From an uncultured Chloroflexia bacterium (GTDB taxonomy: Bacteria > Chloroflexota > Anaerolineae > Anaerolineales > Villigracilaceae), in contig CAVWED010000008.1 in assembly GCA_963753985.1 (NCBI GenBank), positions 82,545 through 146,544 of the forward strand: a stretch of 64,000 nucleotides of DNA. Reading direction: 5' to 3'. The notes under the pieces were generated by a model. That model worked only from the letters and a program-made list of their open reading frames with translations. It was not told the DNA's origin and made no database searches. Below, piece after piece: positions 16,391-25,955 of the stretch. Made by a program: the position numbers and the translations under genes. Each line of letters begins with the position of its first letter. Position 1 is the stretch's first letter.

Positions 16391-18703
16391 TTACTCCGAA
16401 ACCGACTCAGAAATGAAATCTTCCAATAAGAAACTTTCCTGGCACTTCGTGCACTGGGCTTCATGCTTATTGGCGATCACCAGCAATCCGCCGCATTTCG
16501 GGCATGGATTTGCAAGCGGCCTCTTCCACGAAGTGAAGTCGCAGGTTGGATAATTGGCACAACCATAAAACGCCCGGCCTTTACGCGTCTTGCGTGCAAC
16601 GATCTCACCGCCATCCTTCGGACATTTTACGCCGATCTTCTCAAGCCACGGTTCAGTATATCGGCAGGTTGGAAAATTGGCGCACGAGATGAATTTTCCG
16701 TATCGCCCATAACGGATGACTAGCTCGCCGCCATCTTCGGGACATTTGCGTCCAATCGGCTCCGGCTCAGACTTCGTAACGGGCATTTCCGCCTGGGCCT
16801 TTTTCACATCCTCGGCAAATGGACGATAGAACTCGTGCATCACTTCCGTCCACTCGGCCTGGCCCGAAGCGATCATGTCAAGATCCTCTTCCATGCGCGC
16901 CGTGAATTGCAAGTCAACAATATCGGGAAAATATTGCACCATCAAGTCATTGACTTGAATCCCAACTTCCGTCGGAATGAGACGTTTCTCAACACGCTCA
17001 ACATAGCCGCGTTGCTGGATGGTGGAAATCGTCGGCGCGTACGTGGACGGACGCCCAATGCCATCTTCTTCCAAGGCCTGGACCAGTGATGCTTCCGAAT
17101 AGCGCGGGGGCGGTTGCGTAAAGTGCTGTTCCGGAATGAGACGAATCAATTCCTGCTTCTGCCCTTCGGCGATCCCGGCTGGAATTTTTACGTTTTCTTC
17201 GTCCTCCTCCGTTTTCACATCTTCATTTTTGGCTTCTTCGTAAACTACCAAAAATCCGGGAAACTTAACGGTTGAACCGGAAGCCCGCAATAGATATTCA
17301 TGCGTACTGCTTTTACCGGTAACTTCTACCTGCAAATTGTCATAAACCGCGGCTTCCATTTGCGAAGCGACAAAACGCTGCCAGATCAAGTTGTACAACT
17401 TGAACATCGGCACATCAAGAAATGGCTTGACCTGTTCCGGCTCACGCATCACGGAAGTTGGACGAATAGCTTCATGTGCTTCCTGGGCGCCGATGGTTTT
17501 CGTCTTATATTGGGGTGGCTCGGGCGGAAGGAAATCAGCACCGTATTTCGCCACGACAAAGTCGCGAGTTTCTTTTTGTGCGATCTCAGAAACATTCATT
17601 GAGTCGGTGCGCATATAAGTGATCAGGCCAGTTGCCCCGCCATTGCCCACATCCTGTCCTTCATAAAGTCCCTGTGCCAAAGCCATCGTGCGCTTCGCTG
17701 TAAATCCAAGCTTGCGCGAGGCCTCCTGTTGCAACGTGGAAGTCGTGAAAGGCGCCGAGGGTTTGCGCCTGCGTTCGCCGCGCTTGACTTTCGTCACGGA
17801 ATACGCAGCAGGTTCCATATCCATCAATATCGATTTGACAGATTCTTCATTGGGCAGTTCCGGTTCTTTGTCATCTACTTTGAATAGCTTCGCGACAAAG
17901 GCCGATTTCAATCCATCAGCCTTAAACTCCGCGTGGATGCTCCAATATTCAACCTGAACAAAATTCTCGATCTCGTTTTCTCGATCAACGATGAGGCGGA
18001 GCGCCACCGATTGAACGCGTCCCGCTGATAATCGGCCTCGCACCTTCTCCCAAAGAATCGGGCTGATGCTATAACCAACCAGCCGATCCAGGATACGACG
18101 CGCTTGTTGTGCATTAACTAGATCCATATCAATCGGGCGCGGATGCGTAAAAGCTTCATGGATGGCCGGTTCCGTAATTTCATGAAAGGTGACCCGTTTC
18201 GCCAGCTTCGGTTCAATTTCGGCAGCTTCCATCAAATGCCATGAAATAGATTCGCCTTCGCGGTCAGGGTCAGTGGCGAGATATACTTCTTCCGATTTTT
18301 TCGCCAACTGTTTGAGTTCCTTTACCACTTCTTTCTTCTCATTGGGCACACGATACTTCGGTGTAAAATTATTTTCGACATCCACTGATAATTGCGACTT
18401 CAAAAGATCGCGCACATGTCCCACCGAGGCCTTGACGGTGTAGCCCTTGCCGAGAAAACGGCCAACCGTTTTCGCCTTCGCGGGCAATTCGACGATCACC
18501 AGCTTGCCGTTGCGCTTTTCTATTTTTTCCGGCTTGGCAGGCGGCGTGAGTCCTTCATGGGCCGGCGTTCTTCCCATTCGATAAAGTTTCGTTCCACAAA
18601 CTGGGCAAGTTCCAAGAGTTACGGGCGATCCCTTTGCGTTAAAAGCCGCAACCGGATCTTTTATTTCTCTCTTGGTTTTGCACTTCATGCAATACGCTTC
18701 CAT
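16391..18703 (-). CDS. topA: DNA topoisomerase I with N-terminal zinc ribbon and C-terminal zinc fingers
   Basis: Toprim (LVIVELPAKAKTV...ATDPDREGE), catalytic region (GLITYMRTDS), repeated C-terminal CPxxGG...C motifs. Confidence 0.9.
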   Translation of the reverse strand: MEAYCMKCKTKREIKDPVAAFNAKGSPVTLGTCPVCGTKLYRMGRTPAHEGLTPPAKPEKIEKRNGKLVIVELPAKAKTVGRFLGKGYTVKASVGHVRDLLKSQLSVDVENNFTPKYRVPNEKKEVVKELKQLAKKSEEVYLATDPDREGESISWHLMEAAEIEPKLAKRVTFHEITEPAIHEAFTHPRPIDMDLVNAQQARRILDRLVGYSISPILWEKVRGRLSAGRVQSVALRLIVDRENEIENFVQVEYWSIHAEFKADGLKSAFVAKLFKVDDKEPELPNEESVKSILMDMEPAAYSVTKVKRGERRRKPSAPFTTSTLQQEASRKLGFTAKRTMALAQGLYEGQDVGNGGATGLITYMRTDSMNVSEIAQKETRDFVVAKYGADFLPPEPPQYKTKTIGAQEAHEAIRPTSVMREPEQVKPFLDVPMFKLYNLIWQRFVASQMEAAVYDNLQVEVTGKSSTHEYLLRASGSTVKFPGFLVVYEEAKNEDVKTEEDEENVKIPAGIAEGQKQELIRLIPEQHFTQPPPRYSEASLVQALEEDGIGRPSTYAPTISTIQQRGYVERVEKRLIPTEVGIQVNDLMVQYFPDIVDLQFTARMEEDLDMIASGQAEWTEVMHEFYRPFAEDVKKAQAEMPVTKSEPEPIGRKCPEDGGELVIRYGRYGKFISCANFPTCRYTEPWLEKIGVKCPKDGGEIVARKTRKGRAFYGCANYPTCDFTSWKRPLANPCPKCGGLLVIANKHEAQCTKCQESFLLEDFISESVSE

Positions 18704-18721
18704 TCAAAACTCCAAATCGAT

Positions 18722-19813
18722 CTAAAGATAATTTTCTTGGCGATGTTTTTTGAGATGCTCAACCACCTCACGAACCTTTTGCGCCTGATCGGCTTTACAG
18801 ATCAAAAGCACATCACCTGAATCTACCACAACGGTATCATCCAGGCCAATCGTGACGATCAATCGCTCATTACCAGCGCCATAGACCAATGTATTATTAG
18901 TCTCCAAAGCAAGGTGCTGAGCATTCACCGAAACATTCCCAGCCATATCAGGGAAGAGAACATCAAAGAGTGTGTCCCAGGAACCGACATCGTTCCAGCC
19001 AAGTCCACTCGCCGGCACAATCGCGACGTTTTCAGCGTGTTCCATCACGCCATAATCAATCGTCTCGGATTTCAATCCGCGCCAGTGTGCGCGAAAAACC
19101 TCGATTTGTTTCGGCGTATCCCAAACCGACGAAATCTCCGACAATGCAGTAGACAGCGCAGGCATTTGCTTTTCGATCTCAGATAGAATTACGCCTGCCC
19201 GCCAGACAAAGATTCCGCTGTTCCAGGAATAACCACCAGTGCGCATGAACCCCTGGGCCATTTTTTCATCCGGCTTTTCCTTGAAGCCTTTCACTTTGTA
19301 CACCGGGTATTTGAACTCACCTTTTAAAGGTTCGCCCTGCTGGATATATCCATAGGCAATCGAGGGAGAGAGAGGCGCGATGCCCAATGTTACCAAATAA
19401 TTTTGAGCGGCAACATCGAAAGCAGCGCGCAGTAAATAATGAAAAAGGTCCTGGTTCCGAATGAAATGATCAGACGGCAAAACTGCCATGACGGCTTCGG
19501 GATCACGTTTTTTTAACACAGCTGCCGCAAGTCCGACCACCGAAGCAGTTCCGCGCGGAGAAGGTTCGATCAAATAATTCTCTTCAGGAATCGATGGAAC
19601 CTGATTGCGCATCTCATGCATCTGTTCCTCAACCGTCACGACGAGAATGCGCGTCGAAGGAAACATATCTGCCAGCCGGTTGAAAGTGCTTTGAAACAAA
19701 GTCTCTTCGCCCAGCAAAGGCAAAAGCTGCTTCGGTTGATTTCTTCTCGAGACCGGCCATAGACGCGTCCCGCCGCCGCCAGCCATGATTACTGCGTAAC
19801 TATGTTCATCCAT
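18722..19813 (-). CDS. mannose-1-phosphate guanylyltransferase-like nucleotidyltransferase
   Basis: AVIMAGGGGTRLWPVSRRNQPKQLLPL with an NTP_transferase fold throughout. Confidence 0.8.
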   Translation of the reverse strand: MDEHSYAVIMAGGGGTRLWPVSRRNQPKQLLPLLGEETLFQSTFNRLADMFPSTRILVVTVEEQMHEMRNQVPSIPEENYLIEPSPRGTASVVGLAAAVLKKRDPEAVMAVLPSDHFIRNQDLFHYLLRAAFDVAAQNYLVTLGIAPLSPSIAYGYIQQGEPLKGEFKYPVYKVKGFKEKPDEKMAQGFMRTGGYSWNSGIFVWRAGVILSEIEKQMPALSTALSEISSVWDTPKQIEVFRAHWRGLKSETIDYGVMEHAENVAIVPASGLGWNDVGSWDTLFDVLFPDMAGNVSVNAQHLALETNNTLVYGAGNERLIVTIGLDDTVVVDSGDVLLICKADQAQKVREVVEHLKKHRQENYL

Positions 19814-19825
19814 ATCGAATAGATC

Positions 19826-20938
19826 CTATACAAAGTAGTCTGATTGTATTTCATGCACAGCAACATAATTCATCCCGCCGACCTGTCTCACCATTCCTTT
19901 TAATTCCATCGTCACCAATGCGGCAGAAACTTTTTCAACCGTCAATCCAGTCTGATTACGAATTTCGTCCACATGCATCGGCTCATCGCCCAGCGTGTTC
20001 ATCAGTTGCGCTACGAGTTCATCAGCCGGCAAAATCTTTCGTGCCGACTTTTGTGCGCCGACTCGCGTCAAATTCAAAGCCTGCATCAAATCCTGAGGCG
20101 TGAGCAGCGGCAGCGCACCATTTTAGATCAACTTGTTCGTGCCTTTCGACTGCGGCGCAAGTATACTACCAGGCACCGCAAAAATTTCGCGACCTTGCTC
20201 CGCTGCAAACTCCGCCGCGATTAAGGCTCCGCTGGTTTCACCAGCTTGCACCACAACGACCGCCAATGATAACCCAGAAATGATTCGATTGCGCGGCGGA
20301 AAATTTGATGCGTCCGGCGCGGTGCCAACCGGATAATCGCTGATCAGTGCACCGCGTGTCATCATTTGCTCTGCCAATGCGCGATTCTCTGGCGGATAAA
20401 TTCGATCCACACCCGACCCCAAAACGGCCATGGTTCGACCCCCAGCTTTAATCGCCGCTGAATGCGCCACCACATCCACGCCGCGCGCCAACCCGCTGAT
20501 CACGGTCACACCATTCGCCGCGAGAAACGCCGATAGCTCTTCCGTCACTTGTCGACCGTTTGGCGTGACTTTGCGCGTACCGATGATTGCAACTGCAAAA
20601 TGATCTTCAGGTAACAACTTGCCTCGTACATACAGCACAGGCGGCGGCTCGATCTCCTTCAAACGCGGCGGATAAAGTTCATCATTCCAAGTTAGGATTT
20701 TGATTCCCTGCGCAGTGATCTTATCCTACAACTGATCAGGGTCAACGCTTTTTCTGGCCTCCAGCAATCGCTCGATGACTTTGGAGCCCATGCCGGAGGT
20801 GCGCAACTCATCGGGAGAGCCTTGCCATGCAGAAGCCGCATCACCAAAATGATTAATCAGCGCACGCAAGCGCACCGCGCCGATGCCGCGCACCAGAGTC
20901 AGACCCACCCAGAAACGTTTATCGTCCATAAATTTCAA
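19826..20938 (-). pseudogene. dprA: DNA-processing protein DprA/Smf interrupted by two in-frame stop codons
   Basis: Three collinear same-frame ORFs: HhH/SAM N-domain, Rossmann domain (GTRKVTPNG...ISGLARGVD...PPRNRIISGLS...GTNKLI) and C-terminal winged helix. TAG at 20726-20728, TAA at 20123-20125. Confidence 0.8.
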
Positions 20939-20993
20939 ATGTCAATGCGAGGCCCGCTGAGCGGGTCATGGCAATCTCCCCAATATGATGAAC

Positions 20994-21563
20994 TCAATCG
21001 TCCGATTCGTCAAGTAGGCCGGGGATGAGTCGAACGCGGATTTGACGGCGATCCGCATCGATATTCAGAACGACCGAAGGGATGACCGGCAATAATATTT
21101 CGCTCGCGTCTGGCCGCGTTACCACATAGACATCGTTGGCGCCGGTCTGCAAGATTTCAGTCAACTTGCCAATCAAGCTTTCTTCTTCATCCATCACATC
21201 AAAGCCGATCAACTCATGAACATAGAATTGACCTTTCGGCAGCGGCGGACGATCCGCAGTGGTGACATAAACTAGCTGATTGCGATAACGCGTCGCATCT
21301 TCAGGTGTATCGACTCCATCTAATTTGATCAGCAATCCTTCGTTATGCTTACGAGCCATCTCGATCATCACGGGTTGATAATCCTTGCCAACAAAAACCT
21401 TGGTCTTCGGTTTCAGCCGTTCCGGAAAATCGGTATGGATTTCCATGACCATTTCCCCGCGCACGCCATGTGCACGCCGGAGATAGCCGACAATCAAATA
21501 ATCAGGCTCGCCCTTGGTCGGCGAGCCTGAACCTTTATTTCTTAAATTCTTTTTCGGGGCCAT
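20994..21563 (-). CDS. rimM: 16S rRNA processing protein RimM
   Basis: VGYLRRAHGVRGEMVMEIHTDFPERL plus a PRC-barrel C-terminus, in the rpsP-KH-rimM arrangement. Confidence 0.85.
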   Translation of the reverse strand: MAPKKNLRNKGSGSPTKGEPDYLIVGYLRRAHGVRGEMVMEIHTDFPERLKPKTKVFVGKDYQPVMIEMARKHNEGLLIKLDGVDTPEDATRYRNQLVYVTTADRPPLPKGQFYVHELIGFDVMDEEESLIGKLTEILQTGANDVYVVTRPDASEILLPVIPSVVLNIDADRRQIRVRLIPGLLDESDD

Positions 21564-21799
21564 TACTGCGGTTCGACCACGTCGAGAGTTGCTTGCTTGC
21601 CTTCCCGCTCAGCGGCCACCCTTAACAGGATGCGGATCGAGTTGGCGACTTTTCCACTCTTGCCAATCACGCGGCCCATATCGTCGCGGGCCACACTCAA
21701 CTCAAGGCGGACATGGTCGCCATTTCCATATTCACGGACTTCAACTTGATCCGGATGTTCTACCAAAGACTTGGCAATGAATTCGATGAGGTCCTTCAT
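21563..21799 (-). CDS. KH-domain RNA-binding protein (YlqC/UPF0109 family)
   Basis: LIEFIAKSLVEHPDQVEV...DMGRVIGKSGKVANSIRILL. Confidence 0.85.
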   Translation of the reverse strand: MKDLIEFIAKSLVEHPDQVEVREYGNGDHVRLELSVARDDMGRVIGKSGKVANSIRILLRVAAEREGKQATLDVVEPQ

Positions 21800-21808
21800 A
21801 ATGCCTTT

Positions 21809-21847
21809 GTGTCATTGCAAGCCCCTGATGGGGACTCGCAATGACAT
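21809..21847 (-). repeat. intergenic hairpin of the GTCATTGC/GCAATGAC family between rpsP and the KH gene
   Basis: TGTGTCATTGC-aagCCCCtgatGGGGactc-GCAATGACAT. Same arm sequence as the hairpin at 8400-8434. Confidence 0.5.
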
Positions 21848-21853
21848 TTATAA

Positions 21854-22198
21854 TTAATCCTTGCGCGTCTTGACCGACGTGCCGCGCTTTGCAGATGCCT
21901 CGGCGGCATCCTTCAAAAGAGTCTCAACCGGCTCACCCTTCTTGAAACGCTCGAAGCGTTCCATCACGCCCACGCTCTTGAAGACCTGCTCCACGGATTC
22001 AGTCGGCAGAGCGCCGTTCTTCATCCAATGATAGACACGGTCTTCTTTAAGATTCACAGTAGACGGCTGGGTGCGAGGATTATAAAATCCCAGGATTTCC
22101 AAAAAGCGACCGTCACGCGGCGCTTCCTTGTCAGCCGCCACAATGCGATAAGACGGCTGCCCTTTCAAACCGATGCGGCGAAAACGAATACGAACCAT
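21854..22198 (-). CDS. rpsP: 30S ribosomal protein S16 with C-terminal extension
   Basis: MVRIRFRRIGLKGQPSYRIVAADKEAPRDGRFLEILGFYNP. Confidence 0.9.
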   Translation of the reverse strand: MVRIRFRRIGLKGQPSYRIVAADKEAPRDGRFLEILGFYNPRTQPSTVNLKEDRVYHWMKNGALPTESVEQVFKSVGVMERFERFKKGEPVETLLKDAAEASAKRGTSVKTRKD

Positions 22199-22318
22199 TG
22201 AAAACGTTCTCCTTCAAATATATTATCGATTGAGTCGGATCGAGCAAACGAGAGAGGGGTTGCGTGAAAGGACACGCGCTCGCAAGCCAAACCCACAGGC
22301 GCTTATTTTACCAGAGAT

Positions 22319-23515
22319 TTAAGCAGGAAGGGAAAACCAAATCTTCGTCCCCCGGCCTTCCGCACTTTCCGCTTTGATCTCGCCGCCGTGCGCCTCAATA
22401 ATATATCTGGCGATGGATAAACCCAAGCCCATACCGCGCGAATCGCGCGATTTGTAGAAACGATCGAACACATGCGGCAAATCTTCAGATGCAATTCCCG
22501 GGCCGCTGTCTTCGACAGAAACCAGGACGCGTCTTTCCGGACTTACAGTGGATTCCGTTACATCAATTTTGATCGAACTCCCGCGCGGCGAATAGCGCAA
22601 TGCGTTCGATATCAGATTTGTCAACACCTGGCGAATTCGTTCCGGATCAATTTCCAGCGAAAGCGGTTTATCGCTCAAAGATAATTCCATTTTTACATCC
22701 GCCGCGTCCGCTTGCGCTTGGAAGGCGGACGCCGTTTCGCGGACCAACGCGGCAACGTCAGTGGATTCAAGCTTCAATTGGAGTGCTCCGCTTTCGGCAA
22801 GCGCGAGCGTCCGCAAATCTTCAACAAGCCGTGAAAGGATTTGTGTCTCTTCGAGAATGGATTTCAGCCGCGCTTCATCCGCAGGATAAACACCATCCAA
22901 GATTGCCTCAACGTTGCCTTGGATGATGGTCAACGGTGTGCGAAGCTCATGCGATACATCTGCCAACATGGCACGGCGTTGCTGGTCATTGACTTGCAAC
23001 CGTGAGGCCATAGAATTGAATCCCCTTGCCAGCGAACGAACTACTTGCGGACCTCTTTCATCCACTCGTGCAGAGTAATCACCTTCCGCCACTTTATTCG
23101 ATGCATCCAGCAAATCATCCAACGGCACGGACATGCGTCGCAGATTCAACGCAGATAGAATCAACATTGCAATTACAATGGCGAAGAATACACCGCCGAA
23201 GGGTAAAAGCCATTGAAATTGATCAAATGAAAAATGGACAATACCAAAAGAGTTCAGAACCAAGCCCACAATCACTGCGATGAACATCAAGCCGAATATA
23301 TTAAACATCGCAAACACACAACCTAATCGGCGCAAGAATGGATTGCCTCTGCGCAACTGCCGCCATTGATGGCGGCTGCGCGGTGGCCAGTCTTCATTTT
23401 CGGGCCACCACGCAGGCCGATGCTCGCTCATGTAATGCTCGCGCCGGGAACGACGAGAATCATGCCCAGGCCAGGAGGACGGATTAGATTGCGAGGAATC
23501 AGGTTGGTGGTTCAT
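22319..23515 (-). CDS. sensor histidine kinase (TM-HAMP-HisKA-HATPase_c)
   Basis: H-box ADVSHELRTPLT. N/G boxes LTNLISNALRY...DSGPGI...GMGLGLSIAR. Confidence 0.9.
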   Translation of the reverse strand: MNHQPDSSQSNPSSWPGHDSRRSRREHYMSEHRPAWWPENEDWPPRSRHQWRQLRRGNPFLRRLGCVFAMFNIFGLMFIAVIVGLVLNSFGIVHFSFDQFQWLLPFGGVFFAIVIAMLILSALNLRRMSVPLDDLLDASNKVAEGDYSARVDERGPQVVRSLARGFNSMASRLQVNDQQRRAMLADVSHELRTPLTIIQGNVEAILDGVYPADEARLKSILEETQILSRLVEDLRTLALAESGALQLKLESTDVAALVRETASAFQAQADAADVKMELSLSDKPLSLEIDPERIRQVLTNLISNALRYSPRGSSIKIDVTESTVSPERRVLVSVEDSGPGIASEDLPHVFDRFYKSRDSRGMGLGLSIARYIIEAHGGEIKAESAEGRGTKIWFSLPA

Positions 23516-23544
23516 ATTTCAATTGGCGGTCGAATGGCGCATAT

Positions 23545-24210
23545 TTATTTCTCACCGACATGAATGCCTTGACGCCAGTTCGTTACTGCCGAAGAATACT
23601 TCAATCCTGCCTGCTTAAATAACTGTTGAAATTCCTTCGTGCTGTAAACCTTTACATGCTCAGGCTCAGTCAACTTTTTTATAACATCAATATATTTCAC
23701 AAACCATAAGTCAGCAAGTGGATCAAGGAGGTAAAGCTTCCCGCCGCTTTTCAGCAAGCGATACATTTCTTTCAAAGCTTTATCAGGATGAAGATAGTGA
23801 TGAAAGGAGTTGGTGCAAATGATGATGTCGAAAAAGTTATCTTCAAGTGGAATGGATTCGGAATTGGCTTGAAGAAAGCGGAAATTATCCTTGCCGCTGA
23901 AATTACTTTTCGCCTTTTCAATCATCTTGGGAGATAGGTCAACTCCATAGAACAAACCTTTACCATCCACCAAATTCGCGGCTTGACCGACCGCCCAACC
24001 CGTCCCGCAACCAATGTCGAGAAGATGAACATTCGGCTGAATATTCAAAAGAGAAATTACCTTGTTTTGATCCCCACGCAAAAATCTGGATTGCGGCCCG
24101 TTGTTGTCGAGTGTGTCTGCCTCTGCCCATTTGTCCCACATGGCTTCATTCATTTGAACGTGCTTGGTTTCATCTTTCATTTTGTCCTCATTCCTTTTTG
24201 GGTACATCAT
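23545..24210 (-). CDS. class I SAM-dependent methyltransferase
   Basis: Motif I LLDIGCGTGW. Post-I/II motifs FDIIICTNSFHH...LKSGGKLYLLD. Confidence 0.85.
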   Translation of the reverse strand: MMYPKRNEDKMKDETKHVQMNEAMWDKWAEADTLDNNGPQSRFLRGDQNKVISLLNIQPNVHLLDIGCGTGWAVGQAANLVDGKGLFYGVDLSPKMIEKAKSNFSGKDNFRFLQANSESIPLEDNFFDIIICTNSFHHYLHPDKALKEMYRLLKSGGKLYLLDPLADLWFVKYIDVIKKLTEPEHVKVYSTKEFQQLFKQAGLKYSSAVTNWRQGIHVGEK

Positions 24211-24896
24211 TAATTATCTGTAAATTTATATCCAACGCCGTAGACGGTGATGATGTATTTCGGTTCGCTGGGTTGGATCTCAATTTTATGGCGAATGTTC
24301 TTGATATGCGCATCAATGGCGCGCTCATATGACTCAAACGCCACGCCATGAATTGCATCGAGAAGTTGGGCGCGCGTGAAAACGCGTCCGGGTTGACGCG
24401 CCAGCGTGGCAAGCAATTCAAATTCGGTGGGAGTCAATTCTTCGAGGTGGCGCCCGCTGGCAGTCACGCGCAGACGCGGCACATCGAGAGTCAAATCCAT
24501 CACGCGGATCATCTCGGTATTTCCGCTGACTACGTTTTCAATCCGACGAAAAACCACACGAACGCGCGCCACCAATTCCTTCGGGCTAAACGGCTTGGTA
24601 ATGTAATCATCCGCGCCGAGTTCGAGGCCAATGAGTTTATCCGATTCTTCGGAGCGCGCGGTAAGCATGATGATCGGTGCATTGGAGACTTTGCGATATT
24701 CACGGGTGAAATCGAGACCATCCATTTGCGGCAAACCTAAATCGAGAACAATCAAATCAGGCTTCTCAGTCTTTGCAACTGAAAGCGCCGTCTTACCATC
24801 ATGCGCCACGCGAACAACATATCCCGCGCCTTCGAGATAATCGCGCACGAGTTGGGTGATCTTGGGTTCGTCGTCAACAACCAAAATAGTTTTCAT
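24210..24896 (-). CDS. OmpR/PhoB-family response regulator
   Basis: Receiver domain (ILVVDDE...DLIVLDLGLP) plus winged-helix output (LTPTEFELLATLARQPGRVFTR). Confidence 0.9.
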   Translation of the reverse strand: MKTILVVDDEPKITQLVRDYLEGAGYVVRVAHDGKTALSVAKTEKPDLIVLDLGLPQMDGLDFTREYRKVSNAPIIMLTARSEESDKLIGLELGADDYITKPFSPKELVARVRVVFRRIENVVSGNTEMIRVMDLTLDVPRLRVTASGRHLEELTPTEFELLATLARQPGRVFTRAQLLDAIHGVAFESYERAIDAHIKNIRHKIEIQPSEPKYIITVYGVGYKFTDN

Positions 24897-24906
24897 CGAG
24901 GATGAA

Positions 24907-25167
24907 TTATAGCTTTCTTACAGCCAACGTTGTGGCTGAATAAACATATTCAACGGCATTATGAGGGCAGGCCAGTACGGATTTCTTGCAACCTTTGCAA
25001 TTTTCCTGCTGGTCAATGCGAACATGTTTGTGTGGGCCTATTTCAATTTTTCCCAACACGTGATTCGGACGGGCATCCAAACAACTCCAACACGCTTCAC
25101 AAAAACGGGTGCTGACCCGTATATATTTTGTTGCAGCATGGCGCCGAAAAGGATTATAGAGTTTCAT
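24907..25167 (-). CDS. small Cys-rich 4Fe-4S ferredoxin-like protein
   Basis: Internal start MKLYNPF preceded by GAGGAG. CEACWSC and CKGCKKSVLACP motifs. Confidence 0.5.
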   Translation of the reverse strand: MKLYNPFRRHAATKYIRVSTRFCEACWSCLDARPNHVLGKIEIGPHKHVRIDQQENCKGCKKSVLACPHNAVEYVYSATTLAVRKL

Positions 25168-25192
25168 CTTTCTTTTCTCCTCACCATGGTTG

Positions 25193-25229
25193 CGAAGAAA
25201 TGCAGAGGCGAAGAAAAACCGCCTCTGCA
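25193..25229 (-). terminator. intrinsic terminator
   Basis: TGCAGAGGCG-aagaaaaac-CGCCTCTGCA with T-rich flanks after the 25241-25642 gene. Confidence 0.7.
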
Positions 25230-25240
25230 TTTCTATGAGC

Positions 25241-25642
25241 TTATTCTTCCTTCTTTTCGGATACAGGGTTCCCGTGAGCACGATCATGCATTTCCTTGAA
25301 CATCGGCGGAACACCATTTTCGTCCCAGCCGTGACGCCAAGCATGACGGCTCATGTGTCCGTCCCAGCCCCAGCGGGGGCCAAAGACGATGACGCTGACC
25401 AGACGAAAAACAAAGAACAGCACGAACAATCCGATCAGGAAACCGAAGATGCCAAAGAATGGATGCCAGAAGAAAGGCGCACCATAGTGAAAATATGGCA
25501 TGTTCCCGGGCTGTGCAGACTGCGGCAACTTCGTCGCGACGCCTTGTGCTACACCAGCGTTGAAGGCAAACAACGTGATGCCTGCGACTACGGCAATCAA
25601 CACCAACCCCGCCAAAATACGAGCAAAGATTTTTCCGTTCAT
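25241..25642 (-). CDS. small membrane protein with His/Trp-rich tail
   Basis: Two TM helices, then PRWGWDGHMSRHAWRHGWDENG. Confidence 0.6.
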   Translation of the reverse strand: MNGKIFARILAGLVLIAVVAGITLFAFNAGVAQGVATKLPQSAQPGNMPYFHYGAPFFWHPFFGIFGFLIGLFVLFFVFRLVSVIVFGPRWGWDGHMSRHAWRHGWDENGVPPMFKEMHDRAHGNPVSEKKEE

Positions 25643-25955
25643 GTTTCACTCCTTTTGTGAATTCTGAACGGAGTATAGGATTCAGTTGTGAATTGAGTAT
25701 GAAGCCAGTGAGAAAGTCTTGTATAAACTATTTGTACTGGCACCGCCGTTTGCATTAAAGAAAGGATATTTACAATGAAGTTCAAATAAATCTAAAGCGG
25801 TTTTTAGATAATATACATAACTGAAGTCATTTCAAAGTCATATCGGTAAGGCAAATAGAATCCGAGAGAATCTTTTCCATGCCAGGGCATGGGAGGATAT
25901 TTTGAACAGCGAACTTTAACCTCTAAGCCAATTTTCTCGCGAAAGAGAATAATTC

